Of a DNA stretch of 20,000 nucleotides, positions 1 to 8,345 are shown in pieces. Source of the DNA: an uncultured virus (IMG/VR IMGVR_UViG_3300042868_008532). Its lineage: Duplodnaviria; Heunggongvirae; Uroviricota; Caudoviricetes. The DNA lies in the IMG/VR virus record IMGVR_UViG_3300042868_008532, positions 57,857 to 77,856 of that record. One strand, written 5' to 3'. The position numbers and the translations under genes were made by a program. Numbering within the stretch: position 1 is the first letter of the stretch; every line of letters begins with the position of its first letter. The notes beneath the pieces were generated by a model that saw only the letters and a program-made list of their open reading frames with translations, was not told where the DNA came from and made no database searches.

Positions 1-152
1 GGTCATTCTGAATCTTCATATCATTAAAGCAATACCTTTTTTAAGGTTCAAATCCGAACTGTAACTCATTTATTCCTTAACTTACCTAAATAAGTCTCTA
101 TGTTTATTCATAGCCCCTGTAGATACTACAGGTAGTTGACATCGTCGATTTG

Positions 153-297
153 TAGTCAGGACAGGATTCGAACCTGTAAGGTATAACCACTAAAATCGTG
201 GAGATGGAGGTCAATTCCTCTTTTACAATACCAACCTGTGAGCGTCTACCATCAGGAATTAGCTTTATCAGTGCTACCCTTGTTCCGCCACCTGACT
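153..297 (-). ncRNA. tRNA-like RNA (family AGTCAGG acceptor), no canonical anticodon arm
   Basis: Acceptor AGTCAGG/CCTGACT+A; Leu-like D arm GGCGGAA...TGGTAGACGC interrupted by a ~30-nt hairpin insert; T arm ACAGG-TTCGAAT-CCTGT; central region is multibranch (GGTAT/ATACC closing GAGG/CCTC and CCAC/GTGG hairpins). Confidence 0.7.
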
Positions 298-301
298 ATT
301 T

Positions 302-465
302 AAAAACTAATGGTGTGTTGTTACACCAAGATACGAGGTTCGTTACCACCTACGTGTGACACCCAATAACGATTTCCCTGGATGTTGACTTTTTGTCCGT
401 ACACTCCCACAAGGGGACAACTCCTTAGAAGATGGATACTATCAATCCCACTTCCCATTAGTTTT
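302..465 (-). ncRNA. candidate structured ncRNA closed by an 11-bp terminal stem
   Basis: AAAACTAATGG (302-312) and CCATTAGTTTT (455-465) are exact inverted repeats filling the gap between two tRNA-like RNAs; GC-richer than coding DNA, no ORF. Confidence 0.45.
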
Positions 466-466
466 G

Positions 467-568
467 TAGTCAGGACAGGATTCGAACCTGTTCCGTCTTT
501 GCCATAAAGAGTCGGCCTTACCGTTACTCAACCTTGGGGAGGTGATACCAACCAATGGTCTCCTAACT
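467..568 (-). ncRNA. tRNA-like RNA (family AGTCAGG acceptor)
   Basis: Acceptor AGTTAGG/CCTGACT+A; T arm and 3' acceptor strand identical to the copy at 153-297 (26-nt match TGTAGTCAGGACAGGATTCGAACCTG); non-standard D/anticodon region; promoter directly upstream. Confidence 0.65.
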
Positions 569-582
569 ATTTTATTATGGTA

Positions 583-613
583 CAAAGATAATACTTTATT
601 TTAATTTACCAAA
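583..613 (-). promoter_or_regulatory. Bacteroidota primary-sigma promoter (-33 TTTG / -7 TATCTTTG)
   Basis: TTTG-19 nt-TATCTTTG on the minus strand, ~15 nt upstream of the tRNA-like RNA 467-568. Confidence 0.75.
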
Positions 614-687
614 TTTATTTTATAAAAATCTGATAAAAATCCGTCTTTTAATATTTTTCCGGATATTTATATATAAATAACATTATA

Positions 688-840
688 ATGGGTAGACCTA
701 AATTAAAAGAAGACGATAAAAAAGGTAAATTAGGTATAACAATATCTAAAGAACTTATCAATAAAATAAACAAAATTACAAATAATAAATCATTATTTAT
801 TGAAGAATTAATTATTAAATATTTCAAGAATGGAGAATAA
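688..840 (+). CDS. small ribbon-helix-helix-like DNA-binding protein (50 aa)
   Basis: MGRPKLKEDDKKGKLGITISKELINKINKITNNKSLFIEELIIKYFKNGE; GRP start, beta-strand then two helices; overlaps the start of the HNH gene; TATTTATA motif at 664-671 upstream; not in the ORF track. Confidence 0.6.
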   Translation: MGRPKLKEDDKKGKLGITISKELINKINKITNNKSLFIEELIIKYFKNGE

Positions 841-1450
841 AATATGTTCTAAATGTAAAGTTGAAAAACTATTATGTGATTTTCATAATAATAAAAAAGA
901 GAAGAGTGGTAAAAACTGTCAATGTAAAAGTTGTGTAAAACTTTGTTATAAATATATTAAAAAAATACCCATTATAAATTTAGAAGAATCTATTAAAAAA
1001 GAAAATTTAAGAAAATTAAAAAAAAGTGTGTATAATAAAAAGTATCGTGAAGAAAATCGTGAAATATTAAAGAAGAAAAAAAATATTTATAAACAAATTA
1101 GGATAAATGAAAATCCTTTAGTTAAACTACGTTTTAGGATTTCCAATAACATAACTGTTTCGTTAAAACGAAATGGTGGTAAAAAATTAAGTAAAACTAC
1201 TAATATTTTAGGGTGTTCTTTTGATGATTTTAAGAAACATATTGAATTATTATGGGAATCTTGGATGAGTTGGGAAAATTATGGTAACCCAAAAGATGGT
1301 ATTTATCAACCAAATAAAACTTGGGATTTAGACCATATAACTCCATCCTCAAAGGCAACATCTGAAGAAGAAATACTTAAATTAAATCATTATAGTAACT
1401 TTCAACCATTATGTTCTTATAATAACAGATTCATAAAAAAAGGTGACTAA
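830..1450 (+). CDS. HNH-type (homing-like) endonuclease with N-terminal Zn finger
   Basis: CxxC...CxxC N-terminus; C-terminal WENYG...WDLDHITP...LNHYSNFQPLC HNH-like motif typical of viral endonucleases. Confidence 0.75.
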   Translation: MENKICSKCKVEKLLCDFHNNKKEKSGKNCQCKSCVKLCYKYIKKIPIINLEESIKKENLRKLKKSVYNKKYREENREILKKKKNIYKQIRINENPLVKLRFRISNNITVSLKRNGGKKLSKTTNILGCSFDDFKKHIELLWESWMSWENYGNPKDGIYQPNKTWDLDHITPSSKATSEEEILKLNHYSNFQPLCSYNNRFIKKGD

Positions 1451-1463
1451 TGTCACCTTTTTT
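1435..1463. terminator. bidirectional intrinsic terminator
   Basis: AAAAAAAGGTGAC-TAAT-GTCACCTTTTTT hairpin between convergent genes. Confidence 0.8.
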
Positions 1464-1611
1464 ATAATTTTAACAAAAAACTATGTCAATCCACCAAAAC
1501 TGTTAAAATCTCCTACTTACCTATATGGGCTCGGCCATCCCGTTGTCATATTGATTTACCTGAAACTTCTTTGGGTTGTTGATTGACCACTCCCACTTAC
1601 TCAAGTAGTTT

Positions 1612-1866
1612 TTACATACTCATCATCCAACCCATTCGGTTTTGTTCTTGATACTGAGAATAAGTACATTTTCTCATTGTCTTATAATCCGGTCTCAACT
1701 TAACGTGAGTTGGGTATTTTTTTTCGTGTTCTTTGTGTTCTCTCACCACTTTAGCGTAAGCCTCTCTTTTACTTGGTGCCCACACGTCATTAAATCCTCC
1801 ACCTATCCAATTGAATAAATATAAATACTCCCCGTTAACACTTCTATATAATTTCTCTTTAGTCAT
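1612..1866 (-). CDS. hypothetical phage protein
   Basis: 84-aa ORF with ATG, downstream of 1870-2040 in one unit. Confidence 0.7.
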   Translation of the reverse strand: MTKEKLYRSVNGEYLYLFNWIGGGFNDVWAPSKREAYAKVVREHKEHEKKYPTHVKLRPDYKTMRKCTYSQYQEQNRMGWMMSM

Positions 1867-1869
1867 AAT

Positions 1870-2040
1870 TTATCCGTGATTTTCTTTATGTAGTAAGGTT
1901 CCAAAAGCATTTGAACCAATTGAAATTAGTAAATATCCAAACCAAATACCGTTTGTTTTAATAGTTAATCCAACAACCACAAATCCAATTATAACCAATA
2001 GACTTAATAAAGATAATGTGTGTTTTGATAATTTTGTCAT
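1870..2040 (-). CDS. small two-TM membrane protein (56 aa)
   Basis: MTKLSKHTLSLLSLLVIIGFVVVGLTIKTNGIWFGYLLISIGSNAFGTLLHKENHG; promoter 2064-2094 directly upstream; not in the ORF track. Confidence 0.65.
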   Translation of the reverse strand: MTKLSKHTLSLLSLLVIIGFVVVGLTIKTNGIWFGYLLISIGSNAFGTLLHKENHG

Positions 2041-2063
2041 AATAATTAGTTTTAAATTCGGTA

Positions 2064-2094
2064 CAAAGATAATACTTATTTTTAATCCACCAAA
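2064..2094 (-). promoter_or_regulatory. Bacteroidota-type promoter
   Basis: TTTG-19 nt-TATCTTTG. Confidence 0.75.
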
Positions 2095-2316
2095 TTATTT
2101 TTCATAAATTAAATCAGTTTTTTCACAACCATCTTTTAATTCAAGTAAACCATTTCTACATTGTCTTTTGATAATGTCTAAAATAACTGATAATTCGTCC
2201 GATTTTTTTCTATTTATTTTCCCCCAATCTAATGAACCCCATTTAAAAGTGGATTCTATCGTTTTTAGTTCTAAAATAAACTCCTTTTTTTCAGTATTAG
2301 TTTGCCAATTACTCAT
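2095..2316 (-). CDS. hypothetical phage protein
   Basis: 73-aa ORF with its own promoter at 2341-2371. Confidence 0.65.
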   Translation of the reverse strand: MSNWQTNTEKKEFILELKTIESTFKWGSLDWGKINRKKSDELSVILDIIKRQCRNGLLELKDGCEKTDLIYEK

Positions 2317-2340
2317 AATTTTATATTTTTAAATCCGGTA

Positions 2341-2371
2341 CAAAGATAAGCATTAAATCGACATCTCCAAA
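2341..2371 (-). promoter_or_regulatory. Bacteroidota-type promoter
   Basis: TTTG-19 nt-TATCTTTG. Confidence 0.75.
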
Positions 2372-2504
2372 TATTATTTTAATTTTTTTCAAAAAAATTT
2401 TTTACGATAACGATTACGTAAATTAATTTGGCATAAAACTTGATATTACGGATTTGTTAACCTATTTATTTAACGAAATTAAACATTATTTAAAACAAAT
2501 TATT

Positions 2505-2669
2505 ATGAAAAAAGTATTTTTAGCCCTTGCAGTTATTGCAACGTTATCTTTAACATCTTGTAAACACGAAGTGAAACAAGACGAAGCAACTGAAGTTGTT
2601 GATGATTCAACACAAGTAGATTCCACATCAGTTGATACCACTCAAGTAGATACTACTCAAGTGAAGTAA
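2505..2669 (+). CDS. small lipoprotein with repeated VD(S/T)TQ tail
   Basis: True start is probably ATG 2505: MKKVFLALAVIATLSLTS-C signal peptide II (lipobox LTSC), then KHEVKQDE and DDSTQVDSTSVDTTQVDTTQVK. Confidence 0.8.
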   Translation: MKKVFLALAVIATLSLTSCKHEVKQDEATEVVDDSTQVDSTSVDTTQVDTTQVK

Positions 2670-2672
2670 AAC

Positions 2673-2703
2673 AAAAAACCCCTCTTAACGGAGGGGTTAT
2701 TTT
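2673..2703. terminator. bidirectional intrinsic terminator
   Basis: AAAAAACCCCTC-TTAACG-GAGGGGTTATTT between convergent genes. Confidence 0.75.
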
Positions 2704-3304
2704 ATTTAAGTAAGTTTCTAATTTTACCTATTTCTTTATTTACTCTATGTTCTTTTAATCCTAAAGCCGTCCCAAATGCTGCTCCGATTTGTGAGTTCAT
2801 AATATCACTAGCAGTACTATCGGCATCACCACCAGGTGGGATTGTTGTTGTTGTTGTTGTTGAACCATCAGCCGCTGGAGCGATTTGTTCTTTATTTGAA
2901 ACATGTACATGGTTATAATGGTCATCCATTTGCCATAAAACAGATTTTGTATTACCACCTTCACTATTTCTTTTATATCCAAGTTGTTCTAACTGAATTA
3001 CAAAACTATCAACATTTCTTTTGTTAGATGGGTCTTTAACGGCAACACCATTAACTTTACTTATATCTACAGCACTTCCGGTTGAGTGTCTACTAACAGC
3101 TCCTGAATCTGTTGTTTCACTATGGTCAGACACCGCAGATGTTATATTCACGTTAACATTAGCGTTTTTAGATGCGGTACAAATATCTTTTAATAATGCG
3201 TCGTTTACTAAATCTAATCCAATATCAGAATCCACGCTTATATAAGAACATCCTGATGAATTTAGTTTAATATTTGCTTCTAATAATTGTATTAATTTTT
3301 TCAT
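2702..3304 (-). CDS. peptidase M15-like Zn metallopeptidase (putative endolysin/cell-wall hydrolase)
   Basis: ITSA...SRHSTGSAVD...HYNHVH matches the SxHxxGxAxD / HxH Zn-ligand pattern of M15/LAS peptidases; Thr-rich linker follows. Confidence 0.7.
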   Translation of the reverse strand: MKKLIQLLEANIKLNSSGCSYISVDSDIGLDLVNDALLKDICTASKNANVNVNITSAVSDHSETTDSGAVSRHSTGSAVDISKVNGVAVKDPSNKRNVDSFVIQLEQLGYKRNSEGGNTKSVLWQMDDHYNHVHVSNKEQIAPAADGSTTTTTTIPPGGDADSTASDIMNSQIGAAFGTALGLKEHRVNKEIGKIRNLLK

Positions 3305-3305
3305 A

Positions 3306-3911
3306 TTATTGTTGTAAATGTGTCATTAAAACACCTCCTATTGATGCCGAATGTTGTAGTAAATGATTTATTGATTCAATGTCCAATTTAGATTTTCTTT
3401 TTGTATAATCTAACCCTAATGTCCCGATGAATTTACCTTCAATAGTTTTTATTGCAAATAAATATCCGGATTTACAACCAGTATCTTCAGCAATATATTT
3501 TAAACCAAAAGTCGCAATAGTTTCATCTTTATAATCGGAAATTTCAATCACATCGGTTTCTAATAACTGATTTATTGAACGGCTGAATAAATTAACTGGA
3601 ATATTATGAAAATTTGATTGAACTGATGTTATTCCCGGACCAACAACTTCATACATAATACTGAATTTTGCTATAGATTTTCCTGTTGGATAAAAGTTAC
3701 CCCCATTATGGAATTGTGTTATCCAAACTCTATCTGATTTAAATTCGTCTTTAATATGTTCCAATTTTGTCATCACAAGTTCACTAACTTTTAGTGTTTC
3801 CAACACCATATCAGGCTTTTCAGTTTTTTTATCCAATTTATTCTTAATGAATAATAATAGGAGAGGTCCCAATACCCCCGTGATAAACGCCACTATTATA
3901 GATACACTCAT
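3306..3911 (-). CDS. N-terminal TM plus GAF-like domain protein (possible T4-T-like holin)
   Basis: One N-terminal hydrophobic helix; DRVWITQFHNGG...FIGTLGLDY pattern suggests a GAF fold; 1 nt upstream of the M15 peptidase. Confidence 0.55.
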   Translation of the reverse strand: MSVSIIVAFITGVLGPLLLLFIKNKLDKKTEKPDMVLETLKVSELVMTKLEHIKDEFKSDRVWITQFHNGGNFYPTGKSIAKFSIMYEVVGPGITSVQSNFHNIPVNLFSRSINQLLETDVIEISDYKDETIATFGLKYIAEDTGCKSGYLFAIKTIEGKFIGTLGLDYTKRKSKLDIESINHLLQHSASIGGVLMTHLQQ

Positions 3912-3954
3912 AATTTTAACTTAATATTTTATAACTTATAAATAGTAAAAAAAC

Positions 3955-3985
3955 AAAAAAAGTGGGATATTACTCCCACTTTTTT
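3955..3985 (-). terminator. intrinsic terminator after the RNA ligase
   Basis: AAAAAAGTGGGA-TATTAC-TCCCACTTTTT. Confidence 0.75.
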
Positions 3986-5009
3986 ACAACTTTTTAAATT
4001 CCGGTCTTATTAGATTCCATATGATTTCAGAGTAATTTTTCTTATCAAACATTCTAAACAGAATCCCTGACATATGTTTAGGTTGAGTGAATACCCACTC
4101 AGCAAACTCTTTTCTATCTTCTATGGGTTCTTTATCGTTATATTTACCATACATCATACCATCAAACTTTTTACCAGCATCCTCAGATATTTGGAAATGA
4201 CTATATCTTAAATCTCTAACATAAGATTTAATTTTATTGTAAAATTCGTCTGGAACATCTTTTAATATTTCCATAACATCCTCACCATTTTTCAAATACT
4301 CCCAAACTCCGGTTGTGGTAACATTGGTCATAATTTTGTGAAGACGAAGATACTCAACACCTTTAACTTTAACTCTATCCCCATTGGAGAACTTCACCAC
4401 AAACCCTTCTTGGTCGTTTTTAACCATTTCTTTGAGTTGTTTGTAGTCGTTTATACCATCGTATTTTTTAACCACATCAAACCCGTATTCTCTCCACATT
4501 TCCACATCATATTCTTTACCATTCTTATCAAAGGTTCCCAATAGGACTAACCCTTCATAATCACCGTAATCTACTACCACGCGATTCTGAGGAAATAAAA
4601 TTTCAAAACAAAAAGTCAGATGTCTGAACATTATATCGGTGTTGTATTTTTTAAGTAATTCTCTACCCTTAATTGCTTGGTCTGAACCAAATGACCCACG
4701 AGTCGCTAATATCCATTGTCCTTCGTACCAAAAAACTATTAAAAGTGAGCCATCCATTTTTTCATACACCTCAAAGTTTTCAGTTGGTTCAAATTTTCCT
4801 TCCTCTATGTTGAAGAATTTATCAAAAGGTTTTGCTACGATATCTCCGGTGTGGTCGGTAACTAAACCTCTACACATCAAAAGAGTTTCGTCCCACAAAT
4901 TTTCATACTGGACTTTTTCGCTATAGTTCCATATAGTTAATGGGAGGTATGGATGTACTTGTTTGTAAAGTAATCCGTCTTCGTAATATTTGTTTAGTTT
5001 TTCTATCAT
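3984..5009 (-). CDS. T4 Rnl1-family RNA ligase
   Basis: CRGLV, PFDKFFN, motif I EKMDGSL, ATRGSF, FEI, motif IV EGFVV, motif V KVK...Y; C-terminal helical domain. Confidence 0.9.
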   Translation of the reverse strand: MIEKLNKYYEDGLLYKQVHPYLPLTIWNYSEKVQYENLWDETLLMCRGLVTDHTGDIVAKPFDKFFNIEEGKFEPTENFEVYEKMDGSLLIVFWYEGQWILATRGSFGSDQAIKGRELLKKYNTDIMFRHLTFCFEILFPQNRVVVDYGDYEGLVLLGTFDKNGKEYDVEMWREYGFDVVKKYDGINDYKQLKEMVKNDQEGFVVKFSNGDRVKVKGVEYLRLHKIMTNVTTTGVWEYLKNGEDVMEILKDVPDEFYNKIKSYVRDLRYSHFQISEDAGKKFDGMMYGKYNDKEPIEDRKEFAEWVFTQPKHMSGILFRMFDKKNYSEIIWNLIRPEFKKL

Positions 5010-5010
5010 T

Positions 5011-5337
5011 TTATTCTATTTTTTTTAAATTCTCTTCTAATCTACTTAAGAATGATTCTTCACCATCATCACCTGATAACAACCAATCCACTCGTTGAGC
5101 GTATTCTTGAGCAATTTTAAGAGCTTTAACTGCATCTTTCATCTTCTCAATAACCTCATCCGGATATTTGTAATGGAATAAGTCCTCAGGGTATTTTTTA
5201 TACCAATCAGGGTCAATCCAATGTTCTTTAAGTTCTTCCGGTGTTTTTTCTAAACCATTCTTCACAATAACCTCATCTATTTGGTCTGCGATGTAACCAA
5301 TCTTATATTGGTTATAATCGAAATGCCCACCACTAAT
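5011..5337 (-). CDS. hypothetical phage protein (N-terminus SGGHFDYNQY); start codon displaced by GIY-YIG insertion
   Basis: The reading frame extends upstream of the tracked GTG 5265 to ATT 5337 (ATT AGT GGT GGG CAT TTC...), with an in-frame TGA two codons further up; C-terminal RVDWLLSGDDGEESF. Confidence 0.65.
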   Translation of the reverse strand: MSGGHFDYNQYKIGYIADQIDEVIVKNGLEKTPEELKEHWIDPDWYKKYPEDLFHYKYPDEVIEKMKDAVKALKIAQEYAQRVDWLLSGDDGEESFLSRLEENLKKIE

Positions 5338-6073
5338 GACTCACTCTCCCATCTTTATTTATATTCATAGTTTTAATATAATTTTCGTTATTTATAATTT
5401 TACTAATATGTGATTGGTTAACACCATACATTTGAGCAATTTTTGTTTGACTTACCCCCTCTTTGTTCAATTTTTTTATCTCATTATAATCACATTCCTC
5501 TAACTTAACATATTGTTTTTTTCTTAAAGACAAATCTAAATCTGTTGCAATAGTTTTATATCTTTTCTCAATCAAAATCAAACCAATTGTTCTCCTACTT
5601 ACAGAATATAAATCACTAATTTCTTTTTGAGTTAATTTATTTTCAATTAACAACAATTTTATCTCTCGAACTTGTTCCGGTGTTAACTTTTTTAAGGATG
5701 ACTCATAATGTCCGTGAATTTTACCAACGTTAACACTTTTGTTTGAGGAGCCTATCTTATCTTTTGTGTCTTGTGACATATACACATAACCTTCCATTGA
5801 TTTAGGTAAACGACAATTTAAACCTATTTTATTATCTAAACATTCATAAAATGTACCATAAAATAACTCCCGTTCTAAAAGAATTTCAATATCACATTCT
5901 TCAATAACTTCAAAAATGTGATTATCAACACCATATTTTACTAACGAGTTATATAATTTAGTTTGACTATTACATCTTAATTTTTTATACCACTTCCAAC
6001 GAGTATCAACATCTTTTGATGAACCGATATATACAAGACCTTTTGGACTTGTTATTTTATAAACTCCAATCAT
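5333..6073 (-). CDS. GIY-YIG homing endonuclease with C-terminal HTH domains
   Basis: GVYKIT...VYIGSS...R...E...N catalytic motif; two HTH-like repeats (TQKEISDLYSVSRRTI, SQTKIAQMYGVNQSHIS). Confidence 0.88.
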   Translation of the reverse strand: MIGVYKITSPKGLVYIGSSKDVDTRWKWYKKLRCNSQTKLYNSLVKYGVDNHIFEVIEECDIEILLERELFYGTFYECLDNKIGLNCRLPKSMEGYVYMSQDTKDKIGSSNKSVNVGKIHGHYESSLKKLTPEQVREIKLLLIENKLTQKEISDLYSVSRRTIGLILIEKRYKTIATDLDLSLRKKQYVKLEECDYNEIKKLNKEGVSQTKIAQMYGVNQSHISKIINNENYIKTMNINKDGRVSH

Positions 6074-6124
6074 ATTTTAAACTTTATTTATAAATATATT
6101 AGAATCAAATAAAAGTCCCCCCAC

Positions 6125-6508
6125 TCATATCAATTCAAATTTTGTTAATGTCTCTCTTCTTTCTTCTTTGTTAATCCCCAATAAATAATTTTTAACATTA
6201 CTTACAATCGGTTTACTGTAAATTTGAACTATCTCACTAAAGGTTATTGTTTTCTTTACAATCTGAGTCGGGTCACCTTTTAATCTACCGTTTTTATAAT
6301 CACTAATAGCTGTGAGAATAGTTTTCTTATAACCACTATTTCCATCAATTAGGTTTATTGTATGGTCTGTGTATTGTCCGTTGATAATCAATCTAAGTAA
6401 ATGAACCTTTCTCGCTTTACCATAAGTAATAACATATTCGTCATACCCATTATGATTGAATCCGGTCTCCGTTTTTTCGTATTTGGCAACTTTAAAGATA
6501 TTTTCCAT
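6125..6508 (-). CDS. hypothetical phage protein
   Basis: 127-aa ORF with TATCTTTG box at 6529-6536 upstream. Confidence 0.75.
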   Translation of the reverse strand: MENIFKVAKYEKTETGFNHNGYDEYVITYGKARKVHLLRLIINGQYTDHTINLIDGNSGYKKTILTAISDYKNGRLKGDPTQIVKKTITFSEIVQIYSKPIVSNVKNYLLGINKEERRETLTKFELI

Positions 6509-6528
6509 AATTAACTAATTTTGTGGGT

Positions 6529-6536
6529 CAAAGATA
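6529..6536 (-). promoter_or_regulatory. Bacteroidota -7 promoter box
   Basis: TATCTTTG in the 33-nt intergenic gap. Confidence 0.55.
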
Positions 6537-6541
6537 TTAAA

Positions 6542-6925
6542 TTAAAGTTTTACCTCAAAACGATTTTTCATTAATTTCAATTTATCTTCCGGAACCCCGT
6601 GTTCATTAACACCTTCGTGTCTGTTTTCACAAATTAAAGAATAAACTCTATATCCGTGTTTTTCAGCCAAGTCAAAGTATGGTTTCATTTCCCATTCTTG
6701 AGTAAATGTGTTTGATACCACAACTCGTTTGCCTTTATTTTCCATAAAAACTTTTACAGCGTTTTGACACCAATCGTGAGCGTCTTTTAATTTAGTAACG
6801 TCAAATTCGTACTTACCTTCGTAGGTAAAGTATTTATCCGCTTCCATATGTTGACCACCTAATGATTCCGCCAACGTAGATTTACCACTTCCTGGTAATC
6901 CTCTTAATAAAAATAACTCTTTCAT
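6542..6925 (-). CDS. P-loop kinase (AAA_33 / polynucleotide-kinase-like)
   Basis: LFLLRGLPGSGKSTLA Walker A, EADKYF, AHDWC, VVVSNTF, HGVP motifs of N4BP2/CNPase-type kinases. Confidence 0.85.
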   Translation of the reverse strand: MKELFLLRGLPGSGKSTLAESLGGQHMEADKYFTYEGKYEFDVTKLKDAHDWCQNAVKVFMENKGKRVVVSNTFTQEWEMKPYFDLAEKHGYRVYSLICENRHEGVNEHGVPEDKLKLMKNRFEVKL

Positions 6926-7248
6926 ATTTCACATTCTTTTAAATATTTAACAATCTTCTCAATCCCACCAACATCATCCGGATTGATGATAAACTCATCA
7001 AATGCTCCGTATCTTGACTGATGTCCAAAAATATATTTTAATCCATAACCAACTCTTTGCCAAAATGGTCGTTTAACCAAATGAGTATGAACATAAACCA
7101 TTGGAAATCTTACACCATCAATATCGTCCTCATCATATAGGACAACCATTTGATGTTCCGTGTTATGACAGGAACACACAAATAAATCTTTTTTTGTTTG
7201 TTTAATTCTCATATTACTTTCACTTCTATTAATTTTCTTCTTAACCAC
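6922..7248 (-). CDS. hypothetical phage protein
   Basis: CSCHxxEH motif and FWQRV...KYIFG; true start may be ATG 7212 (ATGA overlap with the upstream gene). Confidence 0.7.
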   Translation of the reverse strand: MVKKKINRSESNMRIKQTKKDLFVCSCHNTEHQMVVLYDEDDIDGVRFPMVYVHTHLVKRPFWQRVGYGLKYIFGHQSRYGAFDEFIINPDDVGGIEKIVKYLKECEI

Positions 7249-7472
7249 TGTTCATCAACATTATCAGGTCTTTTACCTAAAATAATTTCATCAATCGTAT
7301 CCCCAAGACATTCCATCAACATTCTTTTTATTTCTGCCGGTGCATCCATTGGCGCATACGAATAACAATCTTGTATCATTTCGTGAGATAACGGGACCTC
7401 AATTATTATTCGTGACGATATAAATGAATCATCTTCATTAAAATGATTATCCTCAACTCTTGTGTTTAACAT
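7209..7472 (-). CDS. hypothetical phage protein
   Basis: 87-aa ORF tightly packed in the operon. Confidence 0.7.
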   Translation of the reverse strand: MLNTRVEDNHFNEDDSFISSRIIIEVPLSHEMIQDCYSYAPMDAPAEIKRMLMECLGDTIDEIILGKRPDNVDEQWLRRKLIEVKVI

Positions 7473-7473
7473 A

Positions 7474-8136
7474 TTATTTTCTTTTTTTTCCGTCTTCAGT
7501 TATTACTTCATCTATGTGGTGGTCCCCATCCATATTTGAACGAATCTCTCTTTCCTTAACAATCTTAATTACGTTACTTAAATCGTATGGTGAAAAGAAC
7601 AAACTACCATCCATCCCTACATCCATTCTACGACCTTTACCAAAAATTTTTGTTTGAGGTAAATGACAGTGTCCGTGTAAGTGGATGTGTCCTTTGTTTA
7701 ATCCATCCCAAGAATCAATAGGGAAGTGTATTAAAACCAATGTCTCAAACTTATACATCAATTTTGTGTAATGATTAACACTCGCAAACAATTCTTGACA
7801 ATCCTCTCGGTTGTTCTCAATGTGGTGGTCGTGATTACCTAATATAAGATGAATCTCTTTACACACAATTCTGTCTCTAAAAATTTTTACATTCTCAAAC
7901 CCACCAAAACTCCAATCTCCTAAGTGAATCAAAACATCATCTTGTCCAACAACACTATTAATGTTATTCACTATCATTTCATTCATCTCACCAATTGAGT
8001 CAAAATCTCTTGTTTGAGATATTGGAATACTCCCATCAGGTAATCTCCACGCAGTTACTCCACGACATATATTCTTATGTCCAAAGTGGGTATCGGATAT
8101 AATCCAAACTTTTCTTTCTTTATCTATTTTTATCAT
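7474..8136 (-). CDS. calcineurin-like metallophosphoesterase
   Basis: SDTHFGH, HLGD, GNHD, HFP, HGHCH motifs. Confidence 0.9.
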   Translation of the reverse strand: MIKIDKERKVWIISDTHFGHKNICRGVTAWRLPDGSIPISQTRDFDSIGEMNEMIVNNINSVVGQDDVLIHLGDWSFGGFENVKIFRDRIVCKEIHLILGNHDHHIENNREDCQELFASVNHYTKLMYKFETLVLIHFPIDSWDGLNKGHIHLHGHCHLPQTKIFGKGRRMDVGMDGSLFFSPYDLSNVIKIVKEREIRSNMDGDHHIDEVITEDGKKRK

Positions 8137-8345
8137 TTTATACGTTCTTTGATTATTAATTTTTTTGCTCTATCAAATAAAGTGTCAAAATACTTACCAA
8201 ATTCTTCATCAGAAACTACTTTATTAAAAAAGTCATCAAAAGTAATAATTTCACCACTTTCATCCAAATGAAGTTTATATGCTCTCTCAACTATTTTTTC
8301 ACCTTCCGGACCCATTATACGTGTGGTATTTGGACTCTCACACAA
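8133..8345 (-). CDS. hypothetical phage protein
   Basis: ORF in operon; probable true start at MGPEGEK (~8315), abutting the upstream stop. Confidence 0.55.
   Translation of the reverse strand: MCESPNTTRIMGPEGEKIVERAYKLHLDESGEIITFDDFFNKVVSDEEFGKYFDTLFDRAKKLIIKERIK

Noticed and set aside
132..143. GTAGTTGACATC, the reverse complement of 11602-11613, each beside a tRNA-like element
   Set aside because: A single 12-nt match in opposite orientation; the left context is cut by the window edge, so it cannot be distinguished from chance.
151..490. 26-nt direct repeat TGTAGTCAGGACAGGATTCGAACCTG as CRISPR repeat or att site
   Set aside because: Only two exact copies 314 nt apart, no regular spacers, no cas or integrase gene; explained by tRNA-like 3' halves.
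2843..2862. (GTT)n microsatellite and the poly-Q/poly-L ORFs 2797-2982 and 2836-3027
   Set aside because: Encodes the Thr linker of the M15 peptidase; the other ORFs are alternate-frame or antisense shadows.
5333..6124. Group I intron housing the GIY-YIG gene
   Set aside because: The ORF fills all but ~45 AT-rich nt of the interval; no P7 core or terminal structure is visible.
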